32,000 nucleotides of DNA, taken from NCBI RefSeq assembly GCF_008000775.2, contig NZ_CP042905.2, positions 3,060,001-3,092,000 of the forward strand. Direction: 5' to 3'. A model generated the notes under the pieces. It ran no database searches. It was not told the DNA's origin and saw only the letters and a list, made by a program, of their open reading frames with translations. Made by a program: the position numbers and the translations under genes. The DNA is from Promethearchaeum syntrophicum (lineage in GTDB: Archaea > Asgardarchaeota > Lokiarchaeia > Sigyniarchaeales > Promethearchaeaceae). This document shows, piece after piece, positions 8,601 through 17,678 of the stretch; the stretch's first letter is position 1, and each line of letters begins with the position of its first letter.

Positions 8601-10552
8601 ATCCAATTACGTAAATCCCGTCCTTTCTTCTTTGATTTCGCGAGAAGACTTCGTACAACTTTCGTAATTGCATAAGGATTCAACCCTTGATGATTTAATT
8701 GTTCCCACAAACCCGTAATCCCGAGCTTGGTGACTCCTAGATGTTGATACAATGGACTATATCCGGCCTCCAACAACCATGTGCCAAACCGAATTCCCAA
8801 TCCGGTCTTGTAATTTTGACTTTCTACCAGTAAAACGAATGGAGCTTGCCCAATCTTTGCCATCATCGCCTTGTCGGTCTTATTTATTGTGGGCTTGTTA
8901 ATTAATCCTACGAATTTTCCTTCTTCACGTAAAGTTTCAACAACATCAAGGCATCGATAAAGCATTTCACCGTAAGTCACAATATAACCATCAGTTCCTT
9001 CCCGAACTACTTCATCTTTCTTTGGTTTGAATCTATAGCCCCTACTTATATCAAACATATGGTTTCCTTTCTCATCTAAAATGAAGGGGGTTGGAGAGCG
9101 TGTAGAGAAAACAAATTTTAATCCAGGATCATCCCAAACTTCTTTTACAATGGCCCCCATTTGATGCCAATCTGCAGGGAAATAAAGCCGAGTAATATCA
9201 CCTTCGGCAATGCCGTTATCTGCAAAGAAATGATTAATACCAAAATGACAATTGTTATCTGCCATCCAATCAACCCCGCTATGCGAAAAATGAGCCAAAA
9301 CATTTGCATCGTTATAACGAGCCATTGTAATTTCAGAAGGTAACATTTCTAAGAACGCAGAGAAAGTGGCCGTAATCCCTATTCTACTAGGGATATTCCC
9401 AAACCCAGCAGCTACTGAAAAATTGTTTCTTTCCATAATTCCCCCGTTTATATATACTTCAGGGAATTCTTCTTTAATGAAGTGGAGTCCTGTAGAACCT
9501 GCTAAATCATTATCGATGACTTTTACTTTATGGATTCGTTCTTCGTAGGACATTTTTCCTAAGATTTCACAAACCACTTTCCCAAATTTATCTCTCGCTT
9601 TGCGAAATTCTGAAGTACTCCCTTTATATTTAAATTCTGCCTTTTGTTTGATAGCATTCTCGATAAGATTTATTGCTTTATCATATTTTCTCACTTTTAA
9701 ATATTCAATTGCGGCTTCTTTTGGAATAACATCATGGCCTTTCGTTGTATCTTCAATACCTTTGATACCTTGAGCCATTTTCCTCCGAATTACAACTGCT
9801 GCAGTACCTTTTTCTAGAATTGCCCACCGCATTACCCGATAGAGATCCCGAATATCTTCAGGATTATTACATATTTTAGTATTAATTCCATGGCCTTGCA
9901 GGGTTTTTTCAATATCATATCCACGTAAATATTCTTTTGGATGCCCGGTAATGGTCATGTTATTATCATCAATAAATAGTTTTACTTCTAAATTATTAGT
10001 AGATGCAAATCTTGCCGCTTCAGCATTATTACCTTCTTGTTGGGATCCGTCACTTCCCATTATGAGTGTTTTTTGATGAGGATTCGCTAATGCAACCCCG
10101 TTTACAAAGGACCACATGTGACCTAATCTACCAGAGCTGAATTCAATTCCGGGTGTTTCCCCTTTCTCTGGATGACCCGGGAGCCAACAAAAAGCCTGTC
10201 TATATTGCATCAAATCTTCAAATGGCATAAATCCATTTATTGCTGCTAAAAGGTAGTGAGCGGCAACCCGATGCCCCGCTTCATCAAAAATCACAGGATG
10301 TATGTGATTGCGGCCTTTCCGTATGCTATCTGCAATGATCATCTCAGGTGTTATATCAAACGCGCCGCCGGTATGCCCTCCTAAGCGTTTCACCCCAGCG
10401 TAGGCAGTGAAAAATACGATTGCATCTCTTGCTAATTCGATATTTTTTTTCAGTTGTTTTACTTGAGCATCAGAAAGTTCTTCATCGTTTAGATTTAGAA
10501 TAACATGTCGATAAGCTTTCATGTCGATTGGGAATTTTACTTTAGCAGCCAT
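8594..10552 (-). CDS. Transketolase-like thiamine-diphosphate enzyme, single full-length polypeptide
   Basis: 652 aa; 'LGGHTGGAFDITPEMIIADSIRKG', 'IMGSDGSQQEGNNAEAARFASTNNLEVKLFIDDNNMTITG' (ThDP-binding region), 'VYINGGIMERNNFSVAAGFG' (catalytic glutamate region). Confidence 0.85.
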   Translation of the reverse strand: MAAKVKFPIDMKAYRHVILNLNDEELSDAQVKQLKKNIELARDAIVFFTAYAGVKRLGGHTGGAFDITPEMIIADSIRKGRNHIHPVIFDEAGHRVAAHYLLAAINGFMPFEDLMQYRQAFCWLPGHPEKGETPGIEFSSGRLGHMWSFVNGVALANPHQKTLIMGSDGSQQEGNNAEAARFASTNNLEVKLFIDDNNMTITGHPKEYLRGYDIEKTLQGHGINTKICNNPEDIRDLYRVMRWAILEKGTAAVVIRRKMAQGIKGIEDTTKGHDVIPKEAAIEYLKVRKYDKAINLIENAIKQKAEFKYKGSTSEFRKARDKFGKVVCEILGKMSYEERIHKVKVIDNDLAGSTGLHFIKEEFPEVYINGGIMERNNFSVAAGFGNIPSRIGITATFSAFLEMLPSEITMARYNDANVLAHFSHSGVDWMADNNCHFGINHFFADNGIAEGDITRLYFPADWHQMGAIVKEVWDDPGLKFVFSTRSPTPFILDEKGNHMFDISRGYRFKPKKDEVVREGTDGYIVTYGEMLYRCLDVVETLREEGKFVGLINKPTINKTDKAMMAKIGQAPFVLLVESQNYKTGLGIRFGTWLLEAGYSPLYQHLGVTKLGITGLWEQLNHQGLNPYAITKVVRSLLAKSKKKGRDLRNWIK

Positions 10553-10670
10553 AAGATTCTCTCATAACGTTTTTTTTTTGAAAACTAATTAAATCAAGCT
10601 TTCTCTTCTTTATATGATTTAGTAAAAAAAAATAATTAAGGGATTAATATTCAATTTAGAAATTTCAATT

Positions 10671-11309
10671 TCACTTTAGAAAGGGGGTATCTGGGGGTAA
10701 AAAGGGGTAAATCTGAAAAATATTAAAATCCACTTCTTTCATTCTAATAAAATACTCTCTTTCTAATTCTCGTTCTCTATAGATTTTTTGTTTAATTTCT
10801 TCTGGAGAAAACTTAAAAGTTTCATTTAGATTTTTCTGTAATCCTTCACAATATTTGATAGTTCGTCTGAAATTTTCTTCAGAAGTCATAATCATGGACC
10901 AAAACGGGAAAAGATCGCATTGAACAGGGCGGGATTGATAAATTTTACATAAGTTCTTGCCATCTTCAATAAAAAGAAAAATACAATCGGAGGATTGTTC
11001 AAAATTTAAGACTAAAGTATCCATAGTTTTCGTATTCTTTGTAGCTTCCAAATTTTCATCCCAGATTGTATATTCATATTTTGTAATCGAGAGATATTTT
11101 TTAGCAAATTCTTCTTTAGAAATCTGTAAATTTTTTGAAATTTTTTCTATATCCACCATATACATAAAAATATATCCTTCTGTTTCATTTGAGCAGCATT
11201 TTCCACATTGTTGACATTGAAATGTGAAACCCGAAGAAACAGAATCACAAAGATCCATATTCAAAATTTGTAAGATACATTTAAAAAAATTTTTCTTTAT
11301 TATTTGCAA
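10671..11309 (-). CDS. YkgJ family cysteine cluster protein
   Basis: 212 aa; 'FQCQQCGKCCSNETEGYIFM' and 'LCKIYQSRPVQCDLFPFW'. Confidence 0.85.
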   Translation of the reverse strand: MQIIKKNFFKCILQILNMDLCDSVSSGFTFQCQQCGKCCSNETEGYIFMYMVDIEKISKNLQISKEEFAKKYLSITKYEYTIWDENLEATKNTKTMDTLVLNFEQSSDCIFLFIEDGKNLCKIYQSRPVQCDLFPFWSMIMTSEENFRRTIKYCEGLQKNLNETFKFSPEEIKQKIYRERELEREYFIRMKEVDFNIFQIYPFLPPDTPFLK

Positions 11310-11351
11310 TTAGATAATTTCACATTTATTTTAGAAAGAAAAATGTGAGGG

Positions 11352-12746
11352 TTAATTCTGAATTAATTTCCATCGTGTTCCCTTTGGAGTATCCTCTATT
11401 AATACACCCATTTCTTGAAGTTGATCCCGAATCATATCAGATTTTTGCCAATTTTTTTCTTCTCGAGCTTTTTCTCTTGCTTTAATTAAATTTTCAGCTT
11501 CTTCAGAAATGAATTCTTCTTCAATCAGATTTAAACCTAAAACCTGATCAAATTGGGAAACAAGTGCCAATTTTTCTTCTCCGTTTAAGTCAGATTTAAG
11601 CATAGTCCATACAAGGCCCAGAGCTTGTGGAAGGTTCATATCGGAATTTATATATTTTAAAAATTGCATTGAAAATTCTTCTTTAAGTTTGGGATTGGGT
11701 GTTCCAGATTTATCTTTTGCTAACTGTACCCGATTTTTCAAAGACATATAAGCTTGTTGAGCCATTTCGAGATTTTTCCACGAAAATGAAAGAGCAGATC
11801 GATAATGGGCAGTCAAACACATATAGCGATAGGCAAGGGGGTTAATTTTCTTGGATTCAATATCTTCCAAGATGATAAATGAACCTTGAGATTTACTCAT
11901 TTTTTCTTTATCCAAAACTAAAAATTCCCCATGTAGCCAATAATTCACCCACTTTTTCCCAGTCGCACTTTCCGATTGGGCAATTTCATTAGTATGATGA
12001 ACCGGAATATGATCTATTCCTCCACAATGGATATCAAATTGGTCGCCCAGATATTTAATTGACATTGCAGAACATTCAATATGCCACCCGGGAAAGCCTC
12101 GACCCCAAGGAGAATCCCATTGCATAATATGAGACGGTTGATTTGATACCCATAAAGCAAAATCGGAAGGATTTTTTCGTTCAGGATCTATTTTTACCCG
12201 TGCACCTGCTTTTTGATTATCAAGATTCAATTTCGCAAGTTTGGTATAATCCACAAATTTCCTTGAATTGAATATTAACCCAACGGATGTAGGATAGGTG
12301 TATTCCATTTTTTCTATGCGTTTTATAAACTCAATCATGTCAGGAACGTGTTCTGATGCTTTGCAGATGACAGTTGGTGTGATAATATTTAATTTAGCAC
12401 AATCTTCGAAAAAGCGAATTTCATACTTCTTCGCTAAAGCCAACATGGTTTCAACTGAGGGATCTAATCCAAGCTTTCTGATCGATCTCATCAATTTATC
12501 TTCCCCAACATCAGCGTCAGAAGTTAAATGCCCCACATCTGTGATATTCATTACATGCTTTACAGAATAACCGTTAAAGTGTAAAATACGGAGGAGAATA
12601 TCCTCAAAAATATAAGTTCTTAAGTTTCCGATATGTTGATAATCGTAAACCGTTGGACCGCAACAGTATATTCCCACATACTCTTTATGGATTGGATGAA
12701 ATACCTCTTTTCGGCGCCCCATGGTATTAAATAATTCTAAGGTCAT
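11352..12746 (-). CDS. cysS: Cysteinyl-tRNA synthetase
   Basis: 464 aa; '[27 protein letters not shown]', '[39 protein letters not shown]', KMSKS motif '[12 protein letters not shown]'. Confidence 0.95.
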   Translation of the reverse strand: MTLELFNTMGRRKEVFHPIHKEYVGIYCCGPTVYDYQHIGNLRTYIFEDILLRILHFNGYSVKHVMNITDVGHLTSDADVGEDKLMRSIRKLGLDPSVETMLALAKKYEIRFFEDCAKLNIITPTVICKASEHVPDMIEFIKRIEKMEYTYPTSVGLIFNSRKFVDYTKLAKLNLDNQKAGARVKIDPERKNPSDFALWVSNQPSHIMQWDSPWGRGFPGWHIECSAMSIKYLGDQFDIHCGGIDHIPVHHTNEIAQSESATGKKWVNYWLHGEFLVLDKEKMSKSQGSFIILEDIESKKINPLAYRYMCLTAHYRSALSFSWKNLEMAQQAYMSLKNRVQLAKDKSGTPNPKLKEEFSMQFLKYINSDMNLPQALGLVWTMLKSDLNGEEKLALVSQFDQVLGLNLIEEEFISEEAENLIKAREKAREEKNWQKSDMIRDQLQEMGVLIEDTPKGTRWKLIQN

Positions 12747-12897
12747 GATTTTTACCTTTGTAATAATTACTAATTACGAATTCTTGAAAAAAAAAATTAC
12801 TATTTTTCATTTTCAGATTTCATTTTTATTAATATCAATTTGAATTTTGGAATTAACTAAACTAAAAATTAAATGAAATAAAAATAAATTATCTTTA

Positions 12898-13803
12898 ATG
12901 CAAGTATTTGAAGTCCTACGTTCAATTGAAACACGGTTAATTCCGGGAAATAATTCTCAGATTAAAAATATAATAAGCCCAGATAAAGTATATTTAATAA
13001 CAAATGATGAAAGCAAAAAAATATATATCTTAAGGGGGGGAAGATCTACATTAGTATATTATTTTATTGCACAAAAACTTGCAAAAGCGATAAGGAAAAG
13101 TAAACGCGGATTTTATGGTATCGAGGAAATTAAATCAGAGGAGCAAACGGTACAAATGATGGATATGGTTGCAGATGATACTGGAATCATTAAAGAATTT
13201 GTAAATCCTGATTTTTATTCAAAAGACGATCCCATAATGGACCCAAATAATACGAAGGTTAATTTCTTAGAGACTGATCCTACTTGGCGTGAAAGAATAC
13301 AACCAAGCAATTTACAAGTTTTTAAAAAAAAGCAAAATACGGAACATGTTTTTGATCAAATCAAACAGAATCCTTTGAATCCAAAATATAAAACAGATTT
13401 AGTATTAATTGATTCTTCAATTTATACACCAACTAAGAAATTAACGAATTTTTTAAAAGATCGGAAAGAGGAACGAGTTTATGAAAAAATTGGAGAATTA
13501 ACAGAGGGAAAGTTTTTTTCTCCTCAATATATGTGTCGTTTCATTGTTAAAGGAGAACACATTAATTCAATTGAGTTAATACGAAAGAAAGATCAAATGG
13601 AAATGAATACTGATAAGATTAATGCTCCTGTATTGTTTATAAGACGAATTATATCGGAAAGATCTATTGATATTTTGAGAAGTTCCTTCGATTTACCTAA
13701 AGTTGAATCATTTGATGATTTACTAGCACGAGTAAGAGAAGAAAAAGCAAGTAAAGAACCCCTATTGTCTTCTTTGGATGATATGAAGGACAAGAAGTCA
13801 TAA
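12898..13803 (+). CDS. Protein with N-terminal gelsolin-repeat-like segment, otherwise unknown
   Basis: 301 aa; 'KVYLITNDESKKIYILRGGRSTLVYYFIAQKLAKAIRKSKRGFYGIEEIKSEEQT' follows the gelsolin-repeat pattern (hydrophobic strand, short turn, 'I-x-hydrophobic-x-G-x-x-S', helix, strand). By-eye similarity only. Confidence 0.5.
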   Translation: MQVFEVLRSIETRLIPGNNSQIKNIISPDKVYLITNDESKKIYILRGGRSTLVYYFIAQKLAKAIRKSKRGFYGIEEIKSEEQTVQMMDMVADDTGIIKEFVNPDFYSKDDPIMDPNNTKVNFLETDPTWRERIQPSNLQVFKKKQNTEHVFDQIKQNPLNPKYKTDLVLIDSSIYTPTKKLTNFLKDRKEERVYEKIGELTEGKFFSPQYMCRFIVKGEHINSIELIRKKDQMEMNTDKINAPVLFIRRIISERSIDILRSSFDLPKVESFDDLLARVREEKASKEPLLSSLDDMKDKKS

Positions 13804-13815
13804 ATCGGTGAAGAA

Positions 13816-15294
13816 ATGGAACCACCAATTGAAGTTTTATCAATATTCAATGAAATATTGGATAAAATTACACCTGATGAGAGAGAATTAGACCATATTG
13901 AAAACGTTACTACTTCTACCATAAAGATTATTAGAAATAGCAAAATCCCAGATGAAATTTCAATTCGATTTATTGAACCCCAAGGTTCTACAGGATTAAA
14001 GCAAACTGCATTAAAAAACACTGCAGATATTGATCTGTTTATTGGAATAGATCCAGAATTTATTCTTAATCATCAATTTTCATCTAAAAAGGAGAAAAAA
14101 GAGTTCATTCATACTAAATTTAAGGATTTGACAAATCTCTGGTTAATACCGAGTCTGAAAAATCAAGGGTTAAAAAATGTAAGGATGAGTTATGCAGAAC
14201 ACCCTTACGTCTCTGCAGACTTTATGGGGATCGAATTGGATATAGTAATATGTTTTGATGTATCAAGCGATTATTTGCAAAAAAATGGGCCAATCACTGC
14301 AGTGGATCGCACACCTCATCATACTCGATTTATTCGGGACAATGTGAATGAGAAACAAAAGGATGATATTCGATTACTTAAACATTTTTTTAAATGTTAT
14401 CATTGTTATGGAGATAAGAGTGCCCTTGGCAGAAGTGGATTTATTGGATATAGCGCAGAACTCTTAATTATTTATTATGATTCCATTTGGAATCTTTTCT
14501 TACATTTTGAAGAAATTAGTTCTAAAATTATTTTCCAGCACAAAAATTTCAATTCAATAAAAAATCCTTATCAAAATAAATCATATTTGACAATCAAATC
14601 GAAAATTTTTCCTAATGATTTTTTAATTATATTAGATCCTACTGATGCAAATAGAAATGTCGGTTCTTCTATATCAAAAAGAGCATTCGAGTTTATAAAT
14701 TATCAAATTAAAAATTTTTGTGAGAATCCAAAGCGTATTTATTTTGAACATCATGATTTACCGGATATTAATCATTTAGAATTATCAAGCACACAACTTT
14801 CTTGCTATTTTTATGCCCAATTTCAAGAAATTCAAGAGGATCATTACACTAAATATCGGGATAAGTTGTACTCCCTAATGGAGCAAATTATAAAAAAAGC
14901 AAGCAGAGAAAAAACATTAGAACCAAGATTTATGAATGTTATTGGTGAACTAGTTTTTAATACTGAAACAGGGCAATATATTCTAGCCTTTTTTACAGAA
15001 ACTCCCACAATAAGTTCAAAATTCAAAAGAGAAGGTCCGATGAAGAAATCAAAACCACATTATCAGAAATTTAAAGAAAAACATCCTGATGCATTTGAAG
15101 AGAATAATCAGATATTTCTCATTTTAAAACGACCTTTTACTCAATTTAAGGACTTTTTGGAGAAGAATTTAGATAAAAAATCAATAAAAGGATTGGAGCT
15201 TATTGAAATTGGATGCGCAATTAATCCTGAATATCCAATATTTGCGGCGAAAGGAATGGGAAATCTACATAAAAACGTAATACCATTTATTTAG
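13816..15294 (+). CDS. cca: CCA tRNA nucleotidyltransferase, archaeal class I
   Basis: 492 aa; 'RFIEPQGSTGLKQTALKNTADIDLFIGIDPEF', 'VDRTPHHTRFIRDN', 'DDIRLLKHFFKCYHCYG...GRSGFIGYSAELLIIYY'. Confidence 0.93.
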   Translation: MEPPIEVLSIFNEILDKITPDERELDHIENVTTSTIKIIRNSKIPDEISIRFIEPQGSTGLKQTALKNTADIDLFIGIDPEFILNHQFSSKKEKKEFIHTKFKDLTNLWLIPSLKNQGLKNVRMSYAEHPYVSADFMGIELDIVICFDVSSDYLQKNGPITAVDRTPHHTRFIRDNVNEKQKDDIRLLKHFFKCYHCYGDKSALGRSGFIGYSAELLIIYYDSIWNLFLHFEEISSKIIFQHKNFNSIKNPYQNKSYLTIKSKIFPNDFLIILDPTDANRNVGSSISKRAFEFINYQIKNFCENPKRIYFEHHDLPDINHLELSSTQLSCYFYAQFQEIQEDHYTKYRDKLYSLMEQIIKKASREKTLEPRFMNVIGELVFNTETGQYILAFFTETPTISSKFKREGPMKKSKPHYQKFKEKHPDAFEENNQIFLILKRPFTQFKDFLEKNLDKKSIKGLELIEIGCAINPEYPIFAAKGMGNLHKNVIPFI

Positions 15295-15298
15295 GGCT

Positions 15299-17557
15299 TT
15301 ATTTCTTTACCTTGTCCATATATCCACAGGTACATTTAAGTTTCGCGCACATTGGACAAATTTTAACTTTTGTTTTAGTCCCGCTTGCTTGAGAGAGTCT
15401 TCTTCTAGTTCTCCTTTTCGGAATAGAGGTTTTTTGTGACACTGCAGAACCTTGTGAACTCGGTTGCTTTTCTGAATCTTTGACTATAGTAGGTTGAGAT
15501 TTATTGTTAGAACCCCTATTCGGAACACCAAACATATTATAACTCATAGCTGATTTATTAGGCGGATCTACAATTTTTTCAGCAACTTTGATAGGTTTGA
15601 TTTCAATTTTTTCTTCTTTTATTCCTTTTGATGTTAAAATTTCGTTGGAATTAGTGTCAGTTTTTGAAATCGGAGATTCTTCAGAAGAAATCACAGGTTT
15701 AATTGTAAATTTATTATCCTCAGAACTTTGTTGTTCAATCAGGTTTTTAATATCGTTTTCTAATTTCTTATGCCCAGTTTCTTCTTGTAATAAACTTGGA
15801 ATATCTTTAGATCCTTCAAATTCGTCATCTTGAAGCGAATTTTCAAAAGTCTTAATGGGTGTTGGAGCTTTAACTGGTTTTAATGTAAGATTTTGTATGT
15901 TAGATTTTTTGATTTTCTTCATTATATCTTCTATGGATCCTGATATAGGTTCTTCTTCAGAAGTCTCGGGTACTACTTCCTCAACAGGCGCGGGAACTTC
16001 TTCAAAAGGCGTAGGAACCTCTTCTTCAACAGGCGCGGGTACTCCTTCCTCAATAGGCGCGGGTACTCCTTCCTCAATAGGCGCAGGTGCTATTTCTTCG
16101 ACAGGCGCGGGAACTTCTTCTTCAATAGGCGCGGGAACTTCTTCTTCAATAGGCGCGGGAACTTCTTCTTCAATAGGCGCGGGAACTTCTTCTTCAACAG
16201 GCGCGGGAACTTCTTCTTCAACGGGCGTGGGTGCTATTTCTTCAACAGGCGCGGGAACTTCTTCTTCAACGGGCGTGGGTGCTATTTCTTCAACAGACGC
16301 AGGAAATTCTTCTTCAAAAGGCGTAGGAACCTCTTCTTCAACAGGCGCGGGTACTCCTTCATCAATGGGTTTGGATTCTTCATCTTCATCTGGTTCGAGC
16401 GGTACAATTTCAATTAAATTTGTTAATCGGAAGATTTCTTGTTTCGCTTTTTCAAAATCAGCAGCAGACCATACCCCGCTATCCACTAGAGGTTTTGAAG
16501 CTCTTTTGATACAATAAACAGATTCTTGGTATTTGCCTTGTTGTTCAAATAATTTCGCTTTTTGGAGGAGTTTTATTCCAACTTGAACAGGATCGTCCGC
16601 TTTTTCATGTGGTTCTTTCTTATCTTTTATAGTTACTTCTTTATCTGGTTTAATAGCAGAAATTTTTGTTTGAATCTTAGATTTTAGTTTTTCAGATTTT
16701 TCTTGCAATTTGTTATATTTCCAGCTTGAACTAAAGATAACTATCTCTTCGAGTAATTCAAGAGATTCTTGAACCATTTGGGGATTTTCATCTTTGCTCT
16801 TTAATAATGCTTGAAAATAGAGAAATTCAGAATGCAATTTTTCATTGTTTAAGCTATCTGCAAGTTCAATACCCCCCTCTATGAGCTGAAATAACTGTTC
16901 GCGAGGTAGATTGATACTGTTTTCCGTTTCTAGTTCTGTAATTTTACTGCTAAGGTTAATAAAAAAACTTTCCGCACCTTGTAAACAATCATAACAAATT
17001 AATTGATGATCAAATAATTCAGCATCATGTTCAGAAACACTATCTCCAACTAGCATTTTCAACCCTTTACAACTATCACATCGAGATCGCGGAAATTCTT
17101 GATTAACAAATAAAATTTGAATTAAAATTTTCAGTATTTTTGATTTAATGTCTGTATCTCCAATAATTGTGCATTTTCCCCAAGAAATAGGTTTATTGGT
17201 TGGAAATCCTTCGAGAGACTTTATCCCATGGGGCATAAATGTAAATACTACTTTCTCTTCTTCTAATGAAGCTGTCAAAATCCTATGACTGGGAAGGGTT
17301 ACTGAATAATTTTTCTGCTTATTTTCAAATTTAATATCTGGAAAAGGATTTTTTATTTCGAAAATAGCTGAGGCATTTTCTTCAAATTTTATTGATTCTG
17401 CTGGAAAAACACCAATATTAAATTTTCCTTCGATTTTCGTTTCATCAGGGGGGTTTTCAAAATTATGATATAAATTCCACGAAATAGAAATGTTTTCCAG
17501 CAAGAGGGGCTCTATAGTTTCCATGAATTCATTGATTTTCAATTCGTTGATCTCCAA
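15299..17557 (-). CDS. Large modular protein: cysteine-pair zinc-ribbon-like region, helical/TPR-like region, acidic proline-rich tandem repeats, C-terminal basic region and cysteine cluster; function unknown
   Basis: 752 aa; 'CDSCKGLKMLVGDSVSEHDAELFDHQLICYDCL', repeats of (E/G)EEVPAP(V/I), C-terminus 'KRRTRRRLSQASGTKTKVKICPMCAKLKCTCGYMDKVKK'. Confidence 0.75.
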   Translation of the reverse strand: MEINELKINEFMETIEPLLLENISISWNLYHNFENPPDETKIEGKFNIGVFPAESIKFEENASAIFEIKNPFPDIKFENKQKNYSVTLPSHRILTASLEEEKVVFTFMPHGIKSLEGFPTNKPISWGKCTIIGDTDIKSKILKILIQILFVNQEFPRSRCDSCKGLKMLVGDSVSEHDAELFDHQLICYDCLQGAESFFINLSSKITELETENSINLPREQLFQLIEGGIELADSLNNEKLHSEFLYFQALLKSKDENPQMVQESLELLEEIVIFSSSWKYNKLQEKSEKLKSKIQTKISAIKPDKEVTIKDKKEPHEKADDPVQVGIKLLQKAKLFEQQGKYQESVYCIKRASKPLVDSGVWSAADFEKAKQEIFRLTNLIEIVPLEPDEDEESKPIDEGVPAPVEEEVPTPFEEEFPASVEEIAPTPVEEEVPAPVEEIAPTPVEEEVPAPVEEEVPAPIEEEVPAPIEEEVPAPIEEEVPAPVEEIAPAPIEEGVPAPIEEGVPAPVEEEVPTPFEEVPAPVEEVVPETSEEEPISGSIEDIMKKIKKSNIQNLTLKPVKAPTPIKTFENSLQDDEFEGSKDIPSLLQEETGHKKLENDIKNLIEQQSSEDNKFTIKPVISSEESPISKTDTNSNEILTSKGIKEEKIEIKPIKVAEKIVDPPNKSAMSYNMFGVPNRGSNNKSQPTIVKDSEKQPSSQGSAVSQKTSIPKRRTRRRLSQASGTKTKVKICPMCAKLKCTCGYMDKVKK
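15966..16362 (-). repeat. In-frame tandem repeat, 24-bp period, about 16 units, encoding EEEVPAPV/I variants
   Basis: Read directly, e.g. repeated 'ggcgcgggaacttcttcttcaata' on the + strand; one unit is 7 rather than 8 codons. Boundaries approximate. Confidence 0.92.
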
Positions 17558-17678
17558 CTTTAAGTTAAAGCCATTTATAATTAAAAATAATTAATTCGCT
17601 CTTAAGTGTGTTTTTTAAATGGAGAAAGTGAATTGAGTTAAAACGTAAAAAAGCTTCTAAAAAAAAAGTAGAAAAAAT

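Noticed and set aside
9161-9548. Two 60-aa + strand ORFs
   Set aside because: Both antisense within the transketolase-like gene, no family resemblance.
13593-14021. 142-aa minus-strand ORF
   Set aside because: Antisense to the 3' end of the gelsolin-like gene and 5' end of cca, both of which have better coding support.
15966-16362. Repetitive block considered as a CRISPR array
   Set aside because: Units are contiguous 24-bp in-frame coding repeats with no unique spacers.
15855-16517. 220-aa + strand ORF 'SSTGAGTSSSIGAG...' with low-complexity repeats
   Set aside because: It is the reverse-frame shadow of the in-frame PVEEE tandem repeat in the minus-strand CDS 15299-17557; composition is fully explained by that repeat.
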